Program-made: the position numbers and the translations under genes
Virus record (IMG/VR): IMGVR_UViG_3300047284_000202
Location: 23,170-87,169 of that record
Source: a virus
Strand: one strand, 5' to 3'
DNA: 64,000 nt
Shown here: positions 43,251 through 54,278 of the stretch, in pieces
How the letters are laid out: every line of letters begins with the position of its first letter
How positions within the stretch are numbered: position 1 is the stretch's first letter
The notes under the pieces: generated by a model
The model's input: only the letters and a program-made list of their open reading frames with translations
What the model was told of the DNA's origin: nothing
The model's database searches: none

Positions 43251-46200
43251 ATGGCATTAACAAGACTTAAGAATATTATTACATCAAGAACTGGTCGTAT
43301 TATCTACGTTAACCCAGATGATTTTGATGCTTCAGATGCTTTTGATAATAGAGGTAACTCATCCCTTCGTCCGTTTAAAACATTACAACGTGCTTTCCTT
43401 GAAGTAGCACGTTTCTCGTATCGTGTTGGTCTTTCAAACGACGAATTTGATGCATTTACCGTTTACCTCTTTCCATCAGATTATGTGATTGATAATCGTC
43501 CTGGTACGTCAACATATAACGACATTGTACCATTTGACGCAAATACTAATTTTGATATTAATAGTCCATCGAATGTCTTGTATAGATTTAACTCCACAGA
43601 TGGTGGAGTTATTGTCCCTAGAGGTTGTTCGATCGTTGGTACTGATCTTAGAAGAACCAAAATTACTCCTAAGTATGTTCCATACCCAACGACAAGTTCA
43701 GCACTTGCAATTACATCACTTAATGAACCAGCAACTGCAGCAATCTTCCGTGTAACTGGTGGTTGCTATTTCTGGCAGATGTCATTCTTTGATGGTGACT
43801 CAAATGGTGTTTATTACAAACCAAATGATGCATCACAAATTGCACCTAACTTCTCTCACCATAAACTAACCTGTTTTGAATTTGCTAATAAAGCAGACCT
43901 AGATCTATACTATCAGAAGATTTCGAAAGGTTATGCATCTATTCCAGATACTTCTGGTATTGTTGCACAAGACCAATTGCAGGCACGTGTTGAGGAAAAC
44001 AGAATCGTTGGTCCTATCTCTGACGAATATAGAGTTTCTCAGATTATCCGTAATGGTCAGACTGTAACTGCATTTACTGTTGACGAACTAGGAAACCCAG
44101 TAAACCATGGATTCTCAGTTGGTGTTGCTGTTAATATTTCTGGTGTTACTGGTCCTACAGAAACTGATGCACTTCTCTACAATGGATCTTTCCTATTGAC
44201 ATCTGCATCTGGTAACCAGTTCACCTATCAGGTATCTGCAGAACCATCTGGTAATGCTATTGGATCTAACATCCTAGTTAAGGTTGAGATTGATACTGTA
44301 GACTCTGCATCACCATATATCTTCAACTGTTCACTCCGTTCTACTTGGGGTGTGAATGGAATGCACGCTGATGGTGCACGTGCAACTGGTTTCAAATCAA
44401 TGGTTGTTGCACAGTTCACTGGTATTTCTCTACAGAAAGATGACCGTGCATTTGTAAGATATAATGCATCAACTGGTGCATACGATGATGCTGGATCTGG
44501 TGCACACATTGATGGTACAGCAAGGTATAAGAAAGGATGGAGACACTGCCACATTAAAGCATCGAATGACGCATTCATTCAGGTCGTTTCGGTGTTTGCT
44601 GTGGGATTTGGTGATCACTTCTTTGCTGACAGTGGTGGTGACATGTCTATCACCAACTCTAACTCTAACTTTGGTTCATTGGCATTGCGTTGTAAAGGAT
44701 TTAAGGCAGCTGCATTCACCAAAGATAAAGCAGGACAGATTACTCACATCATCCCACCTAAGTCACTTGCTGATGTAAGTGAAATCTCTATCAACTGGAC
44801 AACAATTGACATTCAAAAGACTAAGCAGGTTGGTAACACTGGAAGACTATACTTGTATGGTTATACGACACAAACAGGTGCACCACCAACTAAGGTTCAG
44901 GGATACAATATTGGTGCAAGACAGGATGGAACTGTTCCTGATAAGATCTATGTACAATTAGTTGTTTCTGGTCAGACTGCAGCAACTACACAATCTGCAC
45001 GTATTACACCATATGGTCCTACAGTAACTGGTACTACCGCAAATAGTTCTGGTAATCCCATTAAGTGGGATTCTGCAAATTCTCAGTGGTATCTACAGGT
45101 TGAAGGTGCAACTAATACCATCTATACAACTTTAGTTGGTAATACTAAGTACAACACAGTTGCATTTACCCCAACCACATTTATTAAGAGAATTCCTGAT
45201 GCTCGTGTTCTCAAGGACAGAATCTATAGATTTAGATATGTTCTTGATAAAGATGCATTCCCAATTCCACGTGCTCCAATCACTGGTTTCGTGATGCAAC
45301 CACGTTCATCAGAGGTTAACTCTCCATCATATCAAAAGGTATATTATGTCTACGAAGTAGAAACTTATCAGACATTTGAAAGAGGTGTTGCTGATGGTAT
45401 TTACTACTTGACTGTACTAGAGGCATCTGTAACTCCATCTACATCTAACTATAATGACTATAAGTTCTCACAGCAAGTAACAGAAGTATATCCTTCATTC
45501 GACCGTGATAATCCAAATGCAGATCCAACTGCTGCTGTTTCTGTTGCAGATAACATCATCATTGGTCAGGTGTATTCAACTGACGGTGCAACCCCAACAC
45601 CAAATAAGGATCCAAAACTGAGCATCACAAAAGAAGCAGTTTTACACTATGTTGCAGAAACCGAGAACAATCTTGGATACAACCCAACAAACCAGTCACT
45701 TTCTGGTACTGTTATCACTGCTAGAATTGGTGATGCAGAGGCAAGAAAGATTCCAGTTAAAGTGAACGCAGATGGATCTACAGCACCTATTCTGGTTGAA
45801 CTTCGTAGGCACTCAATTCTACGTTCTGGTAACCATACCTTTGAATATCTAGGTTTCGGTCCTGGTAACTACTCAACTGCATTCCCACAAACACAGGTAG
45901 AAGTTCTAACACAAGAGCAGGTTAAACTATCTCAGTCACTCAGAGAGGCAGCAGGTGTTGCATTCTATTCTGGATTGAACTCAAACGGTGACCTATTCAT
46001 TGGTAACCAGGTAGTTAACCCAGTTACTGGACAGATTACTAACTCTGATATTGCACAGTTGAATGTTATTGGTGAAGAGAACACTACAATTCAGACATTC
46101 TCTGAACTGATTCTTACTGATAAGTTGACTGTTCTTGGTGGTGCATCTAACCAGTTAGAATCACTATTTGTTGGTCCTGTTACTTTCTCAAGCAAAGTTA

Positions 46201-46817
46201 CATCAACCAATAATCTTCAGGCAATTAAACTAACTTATGCAAACGATGATGGTACTGTTCTTAAGCAGACATTCTTAGCAAAAGAAAATACATCTACTGG
46301 TCTTCCAATTATTGTTGGTGCTCCTGCATTTAACGAAGGTGACATCATTTATAATATTGACTGGACTCCAGGTTCTGCTATGGGATGGATTTATGGATCT
46401 GGAACATGGTATAAGTGGGGTCTAACTGATACTGCAGGATTTAAGTCCACTCGTTCTGGAATTAATACATATTGGGGTATTGATGCCACCCCATCATCTT
46501 CATATAAGTTGAATGTTGGTGGTAACTTAAATGTTACTGGTAACCTTAGTGTCACTGGAACATATGGACTTGCAGGTAGATATAAGTTGGCAACTGGTCA
46601 AGCAAATAATAATAATGGTGTTACTTATTCTGGTAATGGTGCAACTTCCAGTTTTGCAATTAGTTCTGGTCACACTTCATTCTCTGTTATTGTTCTACTG
46701 AATGGTGTTATGCAAATGCCAACAGTTGACTATAATGTATCTGGTAATGCTGTTGTGTTTGTTGGAACACCTCCAGCAACTGGTGATATGATTCAGATTC
46801 GTGAATTACCTATCTAA
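43251..46817 (+). CDS. Large tail-fibre or baseplate-associated structural protein
   Basis: MALTRLKN...GRIIYVNP...RPFKTLQRA, ASPYIFNCSLRS, RRHSILRSGNHTFEYLGFGPGNYST. Confidence 0.75.
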   Translation: MALTRLKNIITSRTGRIIYVNPDDFDASDAFDNRGNSSLRPFKTLQRAFLEVARFSYRVGLSNDEFDAFTVYLFPSDYVIDNRPGTSTYNDIVPFDANTNFDINSPSNVLYRFNSTDGGVIVPRGCSIVGTDLRRTKITPKYVPYPTTSSALAITSLNEPATAAIFRVTGGCYFWQMSFFDGDSNGVYYKPNDASQIAPNFSHHKLTCFEFANKADLDLYYQKISKGYASIPDTSGIVAQDQLQARVEENRIVGPISDEYRVSQIIRNGQTVTAFTVDELGNPVNHGFSVGVAVNISGVTGPTETDALLYNGSFLLTSASGNQFTYQVSAEPSGNAIGSNILVKVEIDTVDSASPYIFNCSLRSTWGVNGMHADGARATGFKSMVVAQFTGISLQKDDRAFVRYNASTGAYDDAGSGAHIDGTARYKKGWRHCHIKASNDAFIQVVSVFAVGFGDHFFADSGGDMSITNSNSNFGSLALRCKGFKAAAFTKDKAGQITHIIPPKSLADVSEISINWTTIDIQKTKQVGNTGRLYLYGYTTQTGAPPTKVQGYNIGARQDGTVPDKIYVQLVVSGQTAATTQSARITPYGPTVTGTTANSSGNPIKWDSANSQWYLQVEGATNTIYTTLVGNTKYNTVAFTPTTFIKRIPDARVLKDRIYRFRYVLDKDAFPIPRAPITGFVMQPRSSEVNSPSYQKVYYVYEVETYQTFERGVADGIYYLTVLEASVTPSTSNYNDYKFSQQVTEVYPSFDRDNPNADPTAAVSVADNIIIGQVYSTDGATPTPNKDPKLSITKEAVLHYVAETENNLGYNPTNQSLSGTVITARIGDAEARKIPVKVNADGSTAPILVELRRHSILRSGNHTFEYLGFGPGNYSTAFPQTQVEVLTQEQVKLSQSLREAAGVAFYSGLNSNGDLFIGNQVVNPVTGQITNSDIAQLNVIGEENTTIQTFSELILTDKLTVLGGASNQLESLFVGPVTFSSKVTSTNNLQAIKLTYANDDGTVLKQTFLAKENTSTGLPIIVGAPAFNEGDIIYNIDWTPGSAMGWIYGSGTWYKWGLTDTAGFKSTRSGINTYWGIDATPSSSYKLNVGGNLNVTGNLSVTGTYGLAGRYKLATGQANNNNGVTYSGNGATSSFAISSGHTSFSVIVLLNGVMQMPTVDYNVSGNAVVFVGTPPATGDMIQIRELPI

Positions 46818-46849
46818 TAATAAATAGTTAAAAGAAATAGGGATCAAAT

Positions 46850-47722
46850 ATGGCAACCCAGATTATAGGAAACCAGATTGCATCCTCAACTGTTGCATTA
46901 ATGACATCTTTGACGTTGAGTGGAAATTTTAGGTTACCAGCACTCACAACTGCAAATAGACCGTCATCTCCAAACGCAGGTCAATTAATTTTTGATACTG
47001 ATTTGGATAATGTTATTGTTTGGAGACTTAAAACAGGACCAACTAAAACAACAGCAGCATGGACAGTTGTTGGTGCTGGTGGACCTTCTGTTGGTACTAA
47101 CTCAATTGTTCGTACCAATGCTCCAACTATTAGTGAAAACATTACTATTGGACCAACAGCAAATGGTGGGGCTGAATTTACCAATGGTTTCTCTGGTGGT
47201 CCAATTACACTTGCAAATGGTTACACTTTAACTATTGAATCTGGTGCAAGTTATGTTGTTATTGGTAATGATGACTTCTCTGGTTCTGGGGCATTCTTTG
47301 AAACATTTGAAAATGTAGCAGTATATAATACATTAAAGTTACCAGATGCACTATTGGAGTTTGGTAAGACACGTGAATACGTCACAATGACAAACTCTCC
47401 ATCTGGAACTGTCGTTTATAATTTTAATAGTTCTAATATTTGGTATGGAACCAATCCACCATTAGGTAATTGGACTGCAAACTTAGTTAATGTTCCTACT
47501 GACAATATGTTTGCATTTGGTATTACTATAATTACATTCCAGGGTACTGCAGCTGGATTGCCAACTTCATTACAAATTAATGGAGCTGCTCAAACTATTA
47601 GATGGAATGGTAACTCAACACCAACGGCATCAACCTCTGGTAAATACGATATTACAAGTTTTAGTTTTATTAGAATTTCTGATAATTGGATTGTTCAAGG
47701 ATCTAACTCAAGTTTTGGGTAA
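46850..47722 (+). CDS. Tail-fibre-associated structural protein
   Basis: GGPSVGTNSIVRTN...GPITLANGYTLTI motif; late-promoter-like site upstream. Confidence 0.65.
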   Translation: MATQIIGNQIASSTVALMTSLTLSGNFRLPALTTANRPSSPNAGQLIFDTDLDNVIVWRLKTGPTKTTAAWTVVGAGGPSVGTNSIVRTNAPTISENITIGPTANGGAEFTNGFSGGPITLANGYTLTIESGASYVVIGNDDFSGSGAFFETFENVAVYNTLKLPDALLEFGKTREYVTMTNSPSGTVVYNFNSSNIWYGTNPPLGNWTANLVNVPTDNMFAFGITIITFQGTAAGLPTSLQINGAAQTIRWNGNSTPTASTSGKYDITSFSFIRISDNWIVQGSNSSFG

Positions 47723-47732
47723 TTGATATAAC

Positions 47733-48344
47733 ATGTTTAAACATAAATTTGCAGCAAATAGTACTAAAAATGGTTCTCCAGCTGGATCTGCATCTGGTGG
47801 AGAGAGATTATATTGGTATTATGAAAATAATGATTGTAGAAGTTTCATGGGGAATTGGAACTACAATTCCGAACAATATAATATGACATCTCTTGCAGAA
47901 TTTGGAAATAGTTGGGTTCATGGTTGGGGTGGTAGTGGAAGAACTTATATTCTTACTGTGAATAGTCTTCCAGTACACACTCAACTTAGATATACGTGCA
48001 ATATTCATATGATTGACTCTTGGGATAACGAATATAATAATGTTAGAGTCAATAATTCTGCTGGTAGTGAAGTTCAAATTGCAGAGTGGAGAAAAAACTA
48101 TCAAAATGCTTATGTTGATAGTTTATCAACAACTAATGGTGGATCTGTAATGCAGTATTTTAATAGAAATTATTCTTATCAACCATGGGGTGGACAACGT
48201 TCTGGAAATGGATACATCACTGTTACCAGTAATTGGTATAACCATAACAGATCACAATTTCAAGCTTGGCATAGAACAGATCTAAATCAAGGTGCTAGTG
48301 ATGAGGCATATTACATCAGCCACGTCCAAATAGATTTGAAATAA
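47733..48344 (+). CDS. Putative lectin-like (jelly-roll) fibre-associated protein
   Basis: Aromatic-rich beta protein with HMIDSWDNE and LNQGASDEAY motifs. Confidence 0.5.
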   Translation: MFKHKFAANSTKNGSPAGSASGGERLYWYYENNDCRSFMGNWNYNSEQYNMTSLAEFGNSWVHGWGGSGRTYILTVNSLPVHTQLRYTCNIHMIDSWDNEYNNVRVNNSAGSEVQIAEWRKNYQNAYVDSLSTTNGGSVMQYFNRNYSYQPWGGQRSGNGYITVTSNWYNHNRSQFQAWHRTDLNQGASDEAYYISHVQIDLK

Positions 48345-48385
48345 TATAAATAAATAAAGGAAAACGTTACTTGGATTTATAACTC

Positions 48386-49192
48386 ATGAGTACACTTAAG
48401 GTAGCAAATATCCGAGATTTGGCAGGTACTGGAGGATTTTACCTAAACTCTGGTACTATTTCGGCACAAGGTACACTTACAGTGTCCAACCTTGTAATTA
48501 ACGGTACAATCTCTGGTACTAATAAACAATATCTTCCATCACAATCTGGAAACTCTGGTAAGTATCTAACCACTGACGGAACTAACCCATCCTGGGGAAC
48601 TCTATCACTTGATGCTGGTCCTGTATCAATGCAAGTATTTACTGGAAACGGCACTTGGAATAGACCAGCAAATATTAAATATATTCGTGTTCAGTGTCAG
48701 GCTGCAGGTGGTGGTGGATCTGGTCACGGTGAATCTGGCGGTGCTGGTGGATATTCGGAAGTTCATGTAAATGTCCAATCTGTATCATCGGTTGGTGTTA
48801 CAGTAGGTGGAGGTGGTGGAGGAACATATTATGCAAACGCAGGTGCTAATGGATCTGGTTCATCATTTGGTGGATATTGCTCAGCTCAAGGTGGATGGGG
48901 AGCAAATCAACAGGCTCAGCATTGTGGTGGTGCTTCTGGTGGTGCTTCTGGTGGTTCCTTAAATATCCACGGTGGTGGTGGACAAGGGCACGAACATTAT
49001 GGTGGTGGTGGAGATGGTGGAGCATCTTATTTTGGTGGTTCTGGACCATCTGGACACCCTAGAGGTGGTAACTATGCACACAACCACCAAGGTCATTCTG
49101 CACCAGGAACAGGAGGTTCTTCTGGTTGGCAAAGTGGTCACCGTGGTGCAGACGGCAGACCTGGAATTGTAGTAATCACGGAGTACAAATAA
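48386..49192 (+). CDS. Glycine-rich tail-fibre protein
   Basis: PSQSGNSGKYLTTDGT, FTGNGTWNRP...GGGG...GIVVITEY; TATAAATA at 48346. Confidence 0.75.
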   Translation: MSTLKVANIRDLAGTGGFYLNSGTISAQGTLTVSNLVINGTISGTNKQYLPSQSGNSGKYLTTDGTNPSWGTLSLDAGPVSMQVFTGNGTWNRPANIKYIRVQCQAAGGGGSGHGESGGAGGYSEVHVNVQSVSSVGVTVGGGGGGTYYANAGANGSGSSFGGYCSAQGGWGANQQAQHCGGASGGASGGSLNIHGGGGQGHEHYGGGGDGGASYFGGSGPSGHPRGGNYAHNHQGHSAPGTGGSSGWQSGHRGADGRPGIVVITEYK

Positions 49193-49193
49193 A

Positions 49194-49676
49194 ATGAAAA
49201 AAGTATTATTAGACTACAAAGGTATTATTTCTGAAATTTGTGATCCTGGACAAGAATATGAAATTTATGAAGGTTCTGATGCTAATTGTTCCTGGGTAGA
49301 TGCACCCGATGATGTTACATATTTTTGGTCTCTTGAGTGGAGTCCATCTAAAAATGCGATGGTTTGGATTGAAAGGGAGCAACCTTTTGCTGATCCTACA
49401 CTAAAGAGACAAATTGCATATGGATCAATTGGTGAGCAATTAGATATGTTGTATCGTGATATCAAAAGTGGTAAGATTTCTGAGGGAGAGTGGGTTTCTC
49501 ATATTGATACTATCAAAGAGACTGTTCCAAAACCATATGATGATGAAGTTAGTATGGAAGAAATCCAACAAAAACTAGCAGATAATGAACCAGATTCGTC
49601 CAAACCAGTGATTTATTCAAATAGAGATCTTCCTGCATGGGTAAGATATTCTGGATGGAAAGGATTCACAGCTTGA
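49194..49676 (+). CDS. Fibre-associated or chaperone-like protein
   Basis: RQIAYGSIGEQLDMLY...IKETVPKP motif, typical of genes following fibre genes. Confidence 0.6.
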   Translation: MKKVLLDYKGIISEICDPGQEYEIYEGSDANCSWVDAPDDVTYFWSLEWSPSKNAMVWIEREQPFADPTLKRQIAYGSIGEQLDMLYRDIKSGKISEGEWVSHIDTIKETVPKPYDDEVSMEEIQQKLADNEPDSSKPVIYSNRDLPAWVRYSGWKGFTA

Positions 49677-49701
49677 CATAATATCGTCTTATAACTATAA
49701 T
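49673..49701 (+). promoter_or_regulatory. Consensus sigma70 promoter of the halogenase/oxygenase island
   Basis: TTGACA-17 nt-TATAAT. Confidence 0.85.
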
Positions 49702-49724
49702 AGTAATGTAGGTTTGAGCATAGT

Positions 49725-51341
49725 ATGAAAATTGAAAGTATTTGTATTGTTGGTGGTGGATCTTCTGGATGGATGACTGCTGCGGCACTCAGTAAATTAT
49801 GTCCAAATATGCAGATTGCTTTAGTTGAGTCTGCAAATGTAAAAACTGTTGGTGTAGGTGAATCTACTCTCGGACATATCAATCGTTTTCTTGATCTTCT
49901 AGATCTTAAAGATGAAGATTGGATGTCAGCATGTAATGCAACCTACAAAAACTCCATTCGTTTTACCAACTTTAGAGAAAATGATGGTACTCATTTTGAG
50001 TATCCATTTGCTGCTGGATTTGATTATACTGATAAGTATGCTGGGTTGTTGACCTGGGCAGATTTATCTTCTCTATATCCAGAAGAATACACTCCTGAAA
50101 CTTTTGCAGAATTTTATGCTACTGGAAATACTTTTCTGGCAAAATACAATAAACAGTCTAAGAACGAAGATCAAGTTTTTAGAAATTTCAATTTTAAGTA
50201 TGACACTGCATACCATATGGATGCAGAGAAGTTTGGTCAATATTTAAAAAATAATATTGCAATTCCAAATGGAGTTGTGCATGTTATTGGAGATGTATGT
50301 AAATATCAAGTGGATGAATCCACAGGAAATATTACTTCTATCCTGACTGAAGATTCTATATCAATTGAAGCAGATTTGTATATTGATTGTACTGGATTTA
50401 AATCTTTGCTTCTAGAGAACTGGATGGGATCTAGATTTGTATCATTCTCAGACATGCTTGCAAATAATAAAGCAATGGCATGTAGAATTCCCTATGTGGA
50501 TAGGGAAGAGGAAATGGAAAATGTTACAAACTGTACTGCAATCGAAAATGGTTGGGTATGGAACATTCCTCTTTGGAATAGGATTGGAACAGGATACGTT
50601 TATTCCGATAGATTTGTTGATAAGGAAACTGCAGAGAAAGAGTTTCGTGCACACTTAGCAAGAGATCCAAGATTTGAAAAACGTGCTGAAGAAGCAGAAA
50701 TGTTCCATATCAACATCAGACATGGTAAAAGAGCTCGAGCATGGGTCAATAATGTTGTTGGTGTTGGACTATCTTATGCATTTGTAGAACCATTAGAATC
50801 AACAGGTCTTCTAACAACACATGAAAACATTGTCAAACTGGTAGAAACTCTAAATCGTAGAAATGGATTTGTCGGTCGTCCTGATATTGATGCTTTCAAT
50901 TTTGCTTGTGATTATGAAATGAATGGATGGAAGCAATTTGTTGCTATTCATTATGCTCTTTCCATGAGAACTGATACTCCATATTGGAGGTGGTGTACTG
51001 AAATTAATGAGTACGTTCCTGACATTTTTGATAGTAATGTCCGTGAACCAAGAGGAATACAGAATTTTTATTATCAAACTAATATCGCACATTTCTGGAA
51101 TGAAGATCTACAAGGTATTAATTACATTGCAGCAGGAATGGGTCACAAACCACATGCTACTAAGAAAGTTGTACTTTCCAGTATGCAGAGAGCAGGTTAC
51201 TCGATGGATGTTGTTGATGATACAAAGAGAAAATATGAACAATATCGTGATTATGTGATTGAGTATGTCAAGAATCTTCCCTCACATTACGAGTATTTGA
51301 AAAATAACATTTATGGTGGTGTTGATGAATTTATTCAATAA
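49725..51341 (+). CDS. Flavin-dependent halogenase (tryptophan halogenase PrnA/VirX1 family)
   Basis: GGGSSG, GVGEST, ATYK (position of the catalytic Lys), IDCTGF, GWVWNIP, FVEPLESTG. Confidence 0.93.
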   Translation: MKIESICIVGGGSSGWMTAAALSKLCPNMQIALVESANVKTVGVGESTLGHINRFLDLLDLKDEDWMSACNATYKNSIRFTNFRENDGTHFEYPFAAGFDYTDKYAGLLTWADLSSLYPEEYTPETFAEFYATGNTFLAKYNKQSKNEDQVFRNFNFKYDTAYHMDAEKFGQYLKNNIAIPNGVVHVIGDVCKYQVDESTGNITSILTEDSISIEADLYIDCTGFKSLLLENWMGSRFVSFSDMLANNKAMACRIPYVDREEEMENVTNCTAIENGWVWNIPLWNRIGTGYVYSDRFVDKETAEKEFRAHLARDPRFEKRAEEAEMFHINIRHGKRARAWVNNVVGVGLSYAFVEPLESTGLLTTHENIVKLVETLNRRNGFVGRPDIDAFNFACDYEMNGWKQFVAIHYALSMRTDTPYWRWCTEINEYVPDIFDSNVREPRGIQNFYYQTNIAHFWNEDLQGINYIAAGMGHKPHATKKVVLSSMQRAGYSMDVVDDTKRKYEQYRDYVIEYVKNLPSHYEYLKNNIYGGVDEFIQ

Positions 51342-52104
51342 GAAGAGTTGGGTTAGATTTTATTCCCTAGAACCCGCAGTAGTTGATTTATTTCCAGTTG
51401 TTCCTGCAAGTTCTCTTCACCGAACTTGGAAAGAACCAGAAGTTAAAAAGAAAAAATGTCCATTTTCTGGACTTGTATCATCATCAAACTGTCCAGCAAT
51501 TACTACATTTTCTAGTTTGGGATATGTAGTAGTTGCTCCAGCAGATTTTATCATCACAACGAATGGTGATGGAATTAATTTTCAATGGCAAACCAATCAT
51601 ATTTTTACCAAAGGTATGAATGGATATATTGCTAGTCACGAAGAAGAACAAACTGTTCCACTATTAGATGATGTGAATACTACACTGAATACTGTAGTTA
51701 AAATTGAGACACCATGGAGAATTAAATCTTCAGATGATGTTGTTTTTCTACAGACTCCAGTTCACTATATGAATGAGAGTAGATTTACAGTTGCAACTGG
51801 AATCTTGGATCCAAGATTTGCTCATGTTGTCCATGTTCAATTATTTTGGAAAGTTTTAGAAGGAGAAACTTTAATCAAAGCAGGAACACCATTGGCTCAA
51901 TATATACCATTGAGTAGGAAGTACCTATCTCCAAAGAACTACGATCTTATCGTTGACAAAGCAACACAAATAGAGTATGATCTTGAAGAGTCGTTTCAGT
52001 ATGCCAATAGTGCAAACATATTAAAATACGACTCTATTCAGAATAGATTAAATAGAGTCGTAAAAGTTCTTAATTCCTATAGGAACGGTAAAAATAAATT
52101 ATAA
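51325..52104 (+). CDS. Hypothetical protein typical of oxygenase islands (DUF6065-like)
   Basis: CPAI...GYVVVAPAD...KIETPW...GILD...IKAGTPLAQYIP. Confidence 0.6.
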   Translation: MNLFNKKSWVRFYSLEPAVVDLFPVVPASSLHRTWKEPEVKKKKCPFSGLVSSSNCPAITTFSSLGYVVVAPADFIITTNGDGINFQWQTNHIFTKGMNGYIASHEEEQTVPLLDDVNTTLNTVVKIETPWRIKSSDDVVFLQTPVHYMNESRFTVATGILDPRFAHVVHVQLFWKVLEGETLIKAGTPLAQYIPLSRKYLSPKNYDLIVDKATQIEYDLEESFQYANSANILKYDSIQNRLNRVVKVLNSYRNGKNKL

Positions 52105-52125
52105 AAACATTGGAGGTTCACTAAA

Positions 52126-52362
52126 ATGACTATTGATGAATTAATTGTTGATTTTCAGTATCAACATGGACAAAAGATGGAAGAATTTGAAAAAATGAAT
52201 GAGGAACTGTCAAATCCAGTTCTCAATCCATATGGAGTAACTAAGATTGATTTTAGTCAAAGAGAAAATCTTAGAACTGAAATTATTAAACTGGAGGGTG
52301 CAATTGAGGGATTAGAATTGTATAATCAACTTAATAGCACAAGTGCGGAGGATGCTGAATAA
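52126..52362 (+). CDS. Small coiled-coil hypothetical protein
   Basis: GGAGG RBS, KLEGAIEGLE motif. Confidence 0.7.
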   Translation: MTIDELIVDFQYQHGQKMEEFEKMNEELSNPVLNPYGVTKIDFSQRENLRTEIIKLEGAIEGLELYNQLNSTSAEDAE

Positions 52363-53119
52363 TTTTAAATTTTGCCAACCAGATGCTTTTACATTTTCTG
52401 ATTGGATTAAAATAAAATCAATACATGAGATTGATTTTGAATATACCTACTTTGATACTGACATTGGTTATTGGACTATTTCTTCCCCATTTCATGATAA
52501 TGGATTTGAATTATTTCAAAATTTAGTGGGGCAGTTTCCAATTGAAAAACATACTAATTCAATTGAACCAAATCAATTTTGTTGTATACATTTACCGTAC
52601 TGGATAACAAATAATATGTTATTTCTTATTAAAGAATTTTTTGATTCTCATGTAAGAAAATATTATAACAATTATTCTTTTGGTGAATGGGGCAATATTT
52701 TCATCAGGGAGATGATTAAACCACTAAAATGTTATTCTTTACCTCATTTTGACCATAAAATTGGGATAGTTGGTAATTTATGGTTTAGTGATCATAGTGG
52801 AGATAGGGGAACTTATTTGTATAAGTATACTGGAAAAATTCATGGAGATTACTATGATTTTCAAATTGATCCAGAACACAAAAAATTTAACGAATACAGA
52901 ATGTTAGTTGAGTCAAAAGATAGATATTCCGAATGGATTAATATCTCAGATTCAGAGTGTGGAGAATGGGGATTTGTTCAACTTGGACTTGCACCTGCGA
53001 AGAAAAATACCATAACTTTATATGAGTCTAGTGTTTCACATTCTCCGTTCATATCAAATAAATGTAATTATAGTTGGTCACACACATTTGCATTAGAATG
53101 TACTGGGGGAATAATATGA
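52352..53119 (+). CDS. 2OG-Fe(II) oxygenase-like protein
   Basis: LPHFD...GTYLY...LYESSVSHSP (HxD...H). Confidence 0.65.
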   Translation: MLNNFKFCQPDAFTFSDWIKIKSIHEIDFEYTYFDTDIGYWTISSPFHDNGFELFQNLVGQFPIEKHTNSIEPNQFCCIHLPYWITNNMLFLIKEFFDSHVRKYYNNYSFGEWGNIFIREMIKPLKCYSLPHFDHKIGIVGNLWFSDHSGDRGTYLYKYTGKIHGDYYDFQIDPEHKKFNEYRMLVESKDRYSEWINISDSECGEWGFVQLGLAPAKKNTITLYESSVSHSPFISNKCNYSWSHTFALECTGGII

Positions 53120-53691
53120 TAGAAGAAGTGCATTTATGGAAACCACTTATATGGAGGTTTCAATATGAGTTTAATTGTGAAGCACTTTTACCTAAAATTG
53201 ATGGTCTGCGTGAAAGAATAATCAATCCCTCAAACTTAGAAATTGGTGCCGCAATTTCAACAGTCGGAGTCGATGCTAAAGATAGACCTCATCACTGGTC
53301 AGAACTACAACATTTTAATAATTTCCTCAAACATAAAATTGCTTATGTTTGGGATCAGTATGAATTCAAAACAAAAACACATTCTTCTATTGAACAATCT
53401 TGGTTTAATATTCACTTAAATAGTGGTATAACTTTAGAGCATTATCACAACAATGTATTATTAATTGTTGTTTGTTATATTCAACTTCCAGAAAATTCTG
53501 GTTACATTCAATTTAGAGATCCTTTAGAGTACCATTGGGGAAATACTCCAATAATTCCTGAAGAAAAAACATGGAAAACATTACCATGTAAGACAAATGA
53601 TGTTTTAATTTTTCCTGGGTGGATTCGTCATAGAGTTGAGGAAAGTTGTAGTCCAGAAAAAAGAGTTGTTATGACATACAATATTGTTTAA
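53116..53691 (+). CDS. 2OG-Fe(II) oxygenase, TIGR02466-like
   Basis: EHYH...IFPGWIRHRV...RVVMTYN. Confidence 0.85.
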   Translation: MIEEVHLWKPLIWRFQYEFNCEALLPKIDGLRERIINPSNLEIGAAISTVGVDAKDRPHHWSELQHFNNFLKHKIAYVWDQYEFKTKTHSSIEQSWFNIHLNSGITLEHYHNNVLLIVVCYIQLPENSGYIQFRDPLEYHWGNTPIIPEEKTWKTLPCKTNDVLIFPGWIRHRVEESCSPEKRVVMTYNIV

Positions 53692-53699
53692 GAAGTACT

Positions 53700-54278
53700 A
53701 TGAGATTAGAATTTTGGTTTCCAACTCCGATATGGTCTTGCAATTTGGACTATGATACTAATAAAATTTTAGATTATGCATTAAATTTATTCTCAGTTGA
53801 TGATGGCAGAGATGCAACTAATGTTGGTGGATGGCAATCTAATGATTTGTATTATGAAAATGATAGTCCAATCAAAGATTTCCTGGATATTATTAACATC
53901 AAACTAACTGAGTGTATTTTTGAGTATAATTATGAAATTTCTGGTATTGAACTGGGAAATTTTTGGTTTAATATAAATGGACATGGTAATTATAATCTAA
54001 CCCATACACATCCAGGATCATTCCTTTCTGGTGTTTATTATATTAAAGTCCCAGAAGATTGTGGAGTTATTACATTTGATAATGACTCAAAATCTAATTT
54101 TATATTACAATCACATAGGACAACTGGAGACAGTGTTTTATCTCATAGTCAATGCAAATATCCACCACATGAAGGAATGTTGATAATTTTCCCATCTTGG
54201 TTACCACATTCAGTAACAGCAAACAATTCTCATGAAAGTAGGATATCTTTTTCTTTCAACTCTAGGATTTTAAAATAA
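53700..54278 (+). CDS. 2OG-Fe(II) oxygenase, TIGR02466-like
   Basis: HTHPGSFLSGVYY...IFPSWLPHSV...RISFSFN. Confidence 0.9.
   Translation: MRLEFWFPTPIWSCNLDYDTNKILDYALNLFSVDDGRDATNVGGWQSNDLYYENDSPIKDFLDIINIKLTECIFEYNYEISGIELGNFWFNINGHGNYNLTHTHPGSFLSGVYYIKVPEDCGVITFDNDSKSNFILQSHRTTGDSVLSHSQCKYPPHEGMLIIFPSWLPHSVTANNSHESRISFSFNSRILK

Noticed and set aside
48700-49150. GGT-rich repeats as a DNA repeat element
   Set aside because: They are explained by the glycine-rich fibre protein coding sequence.
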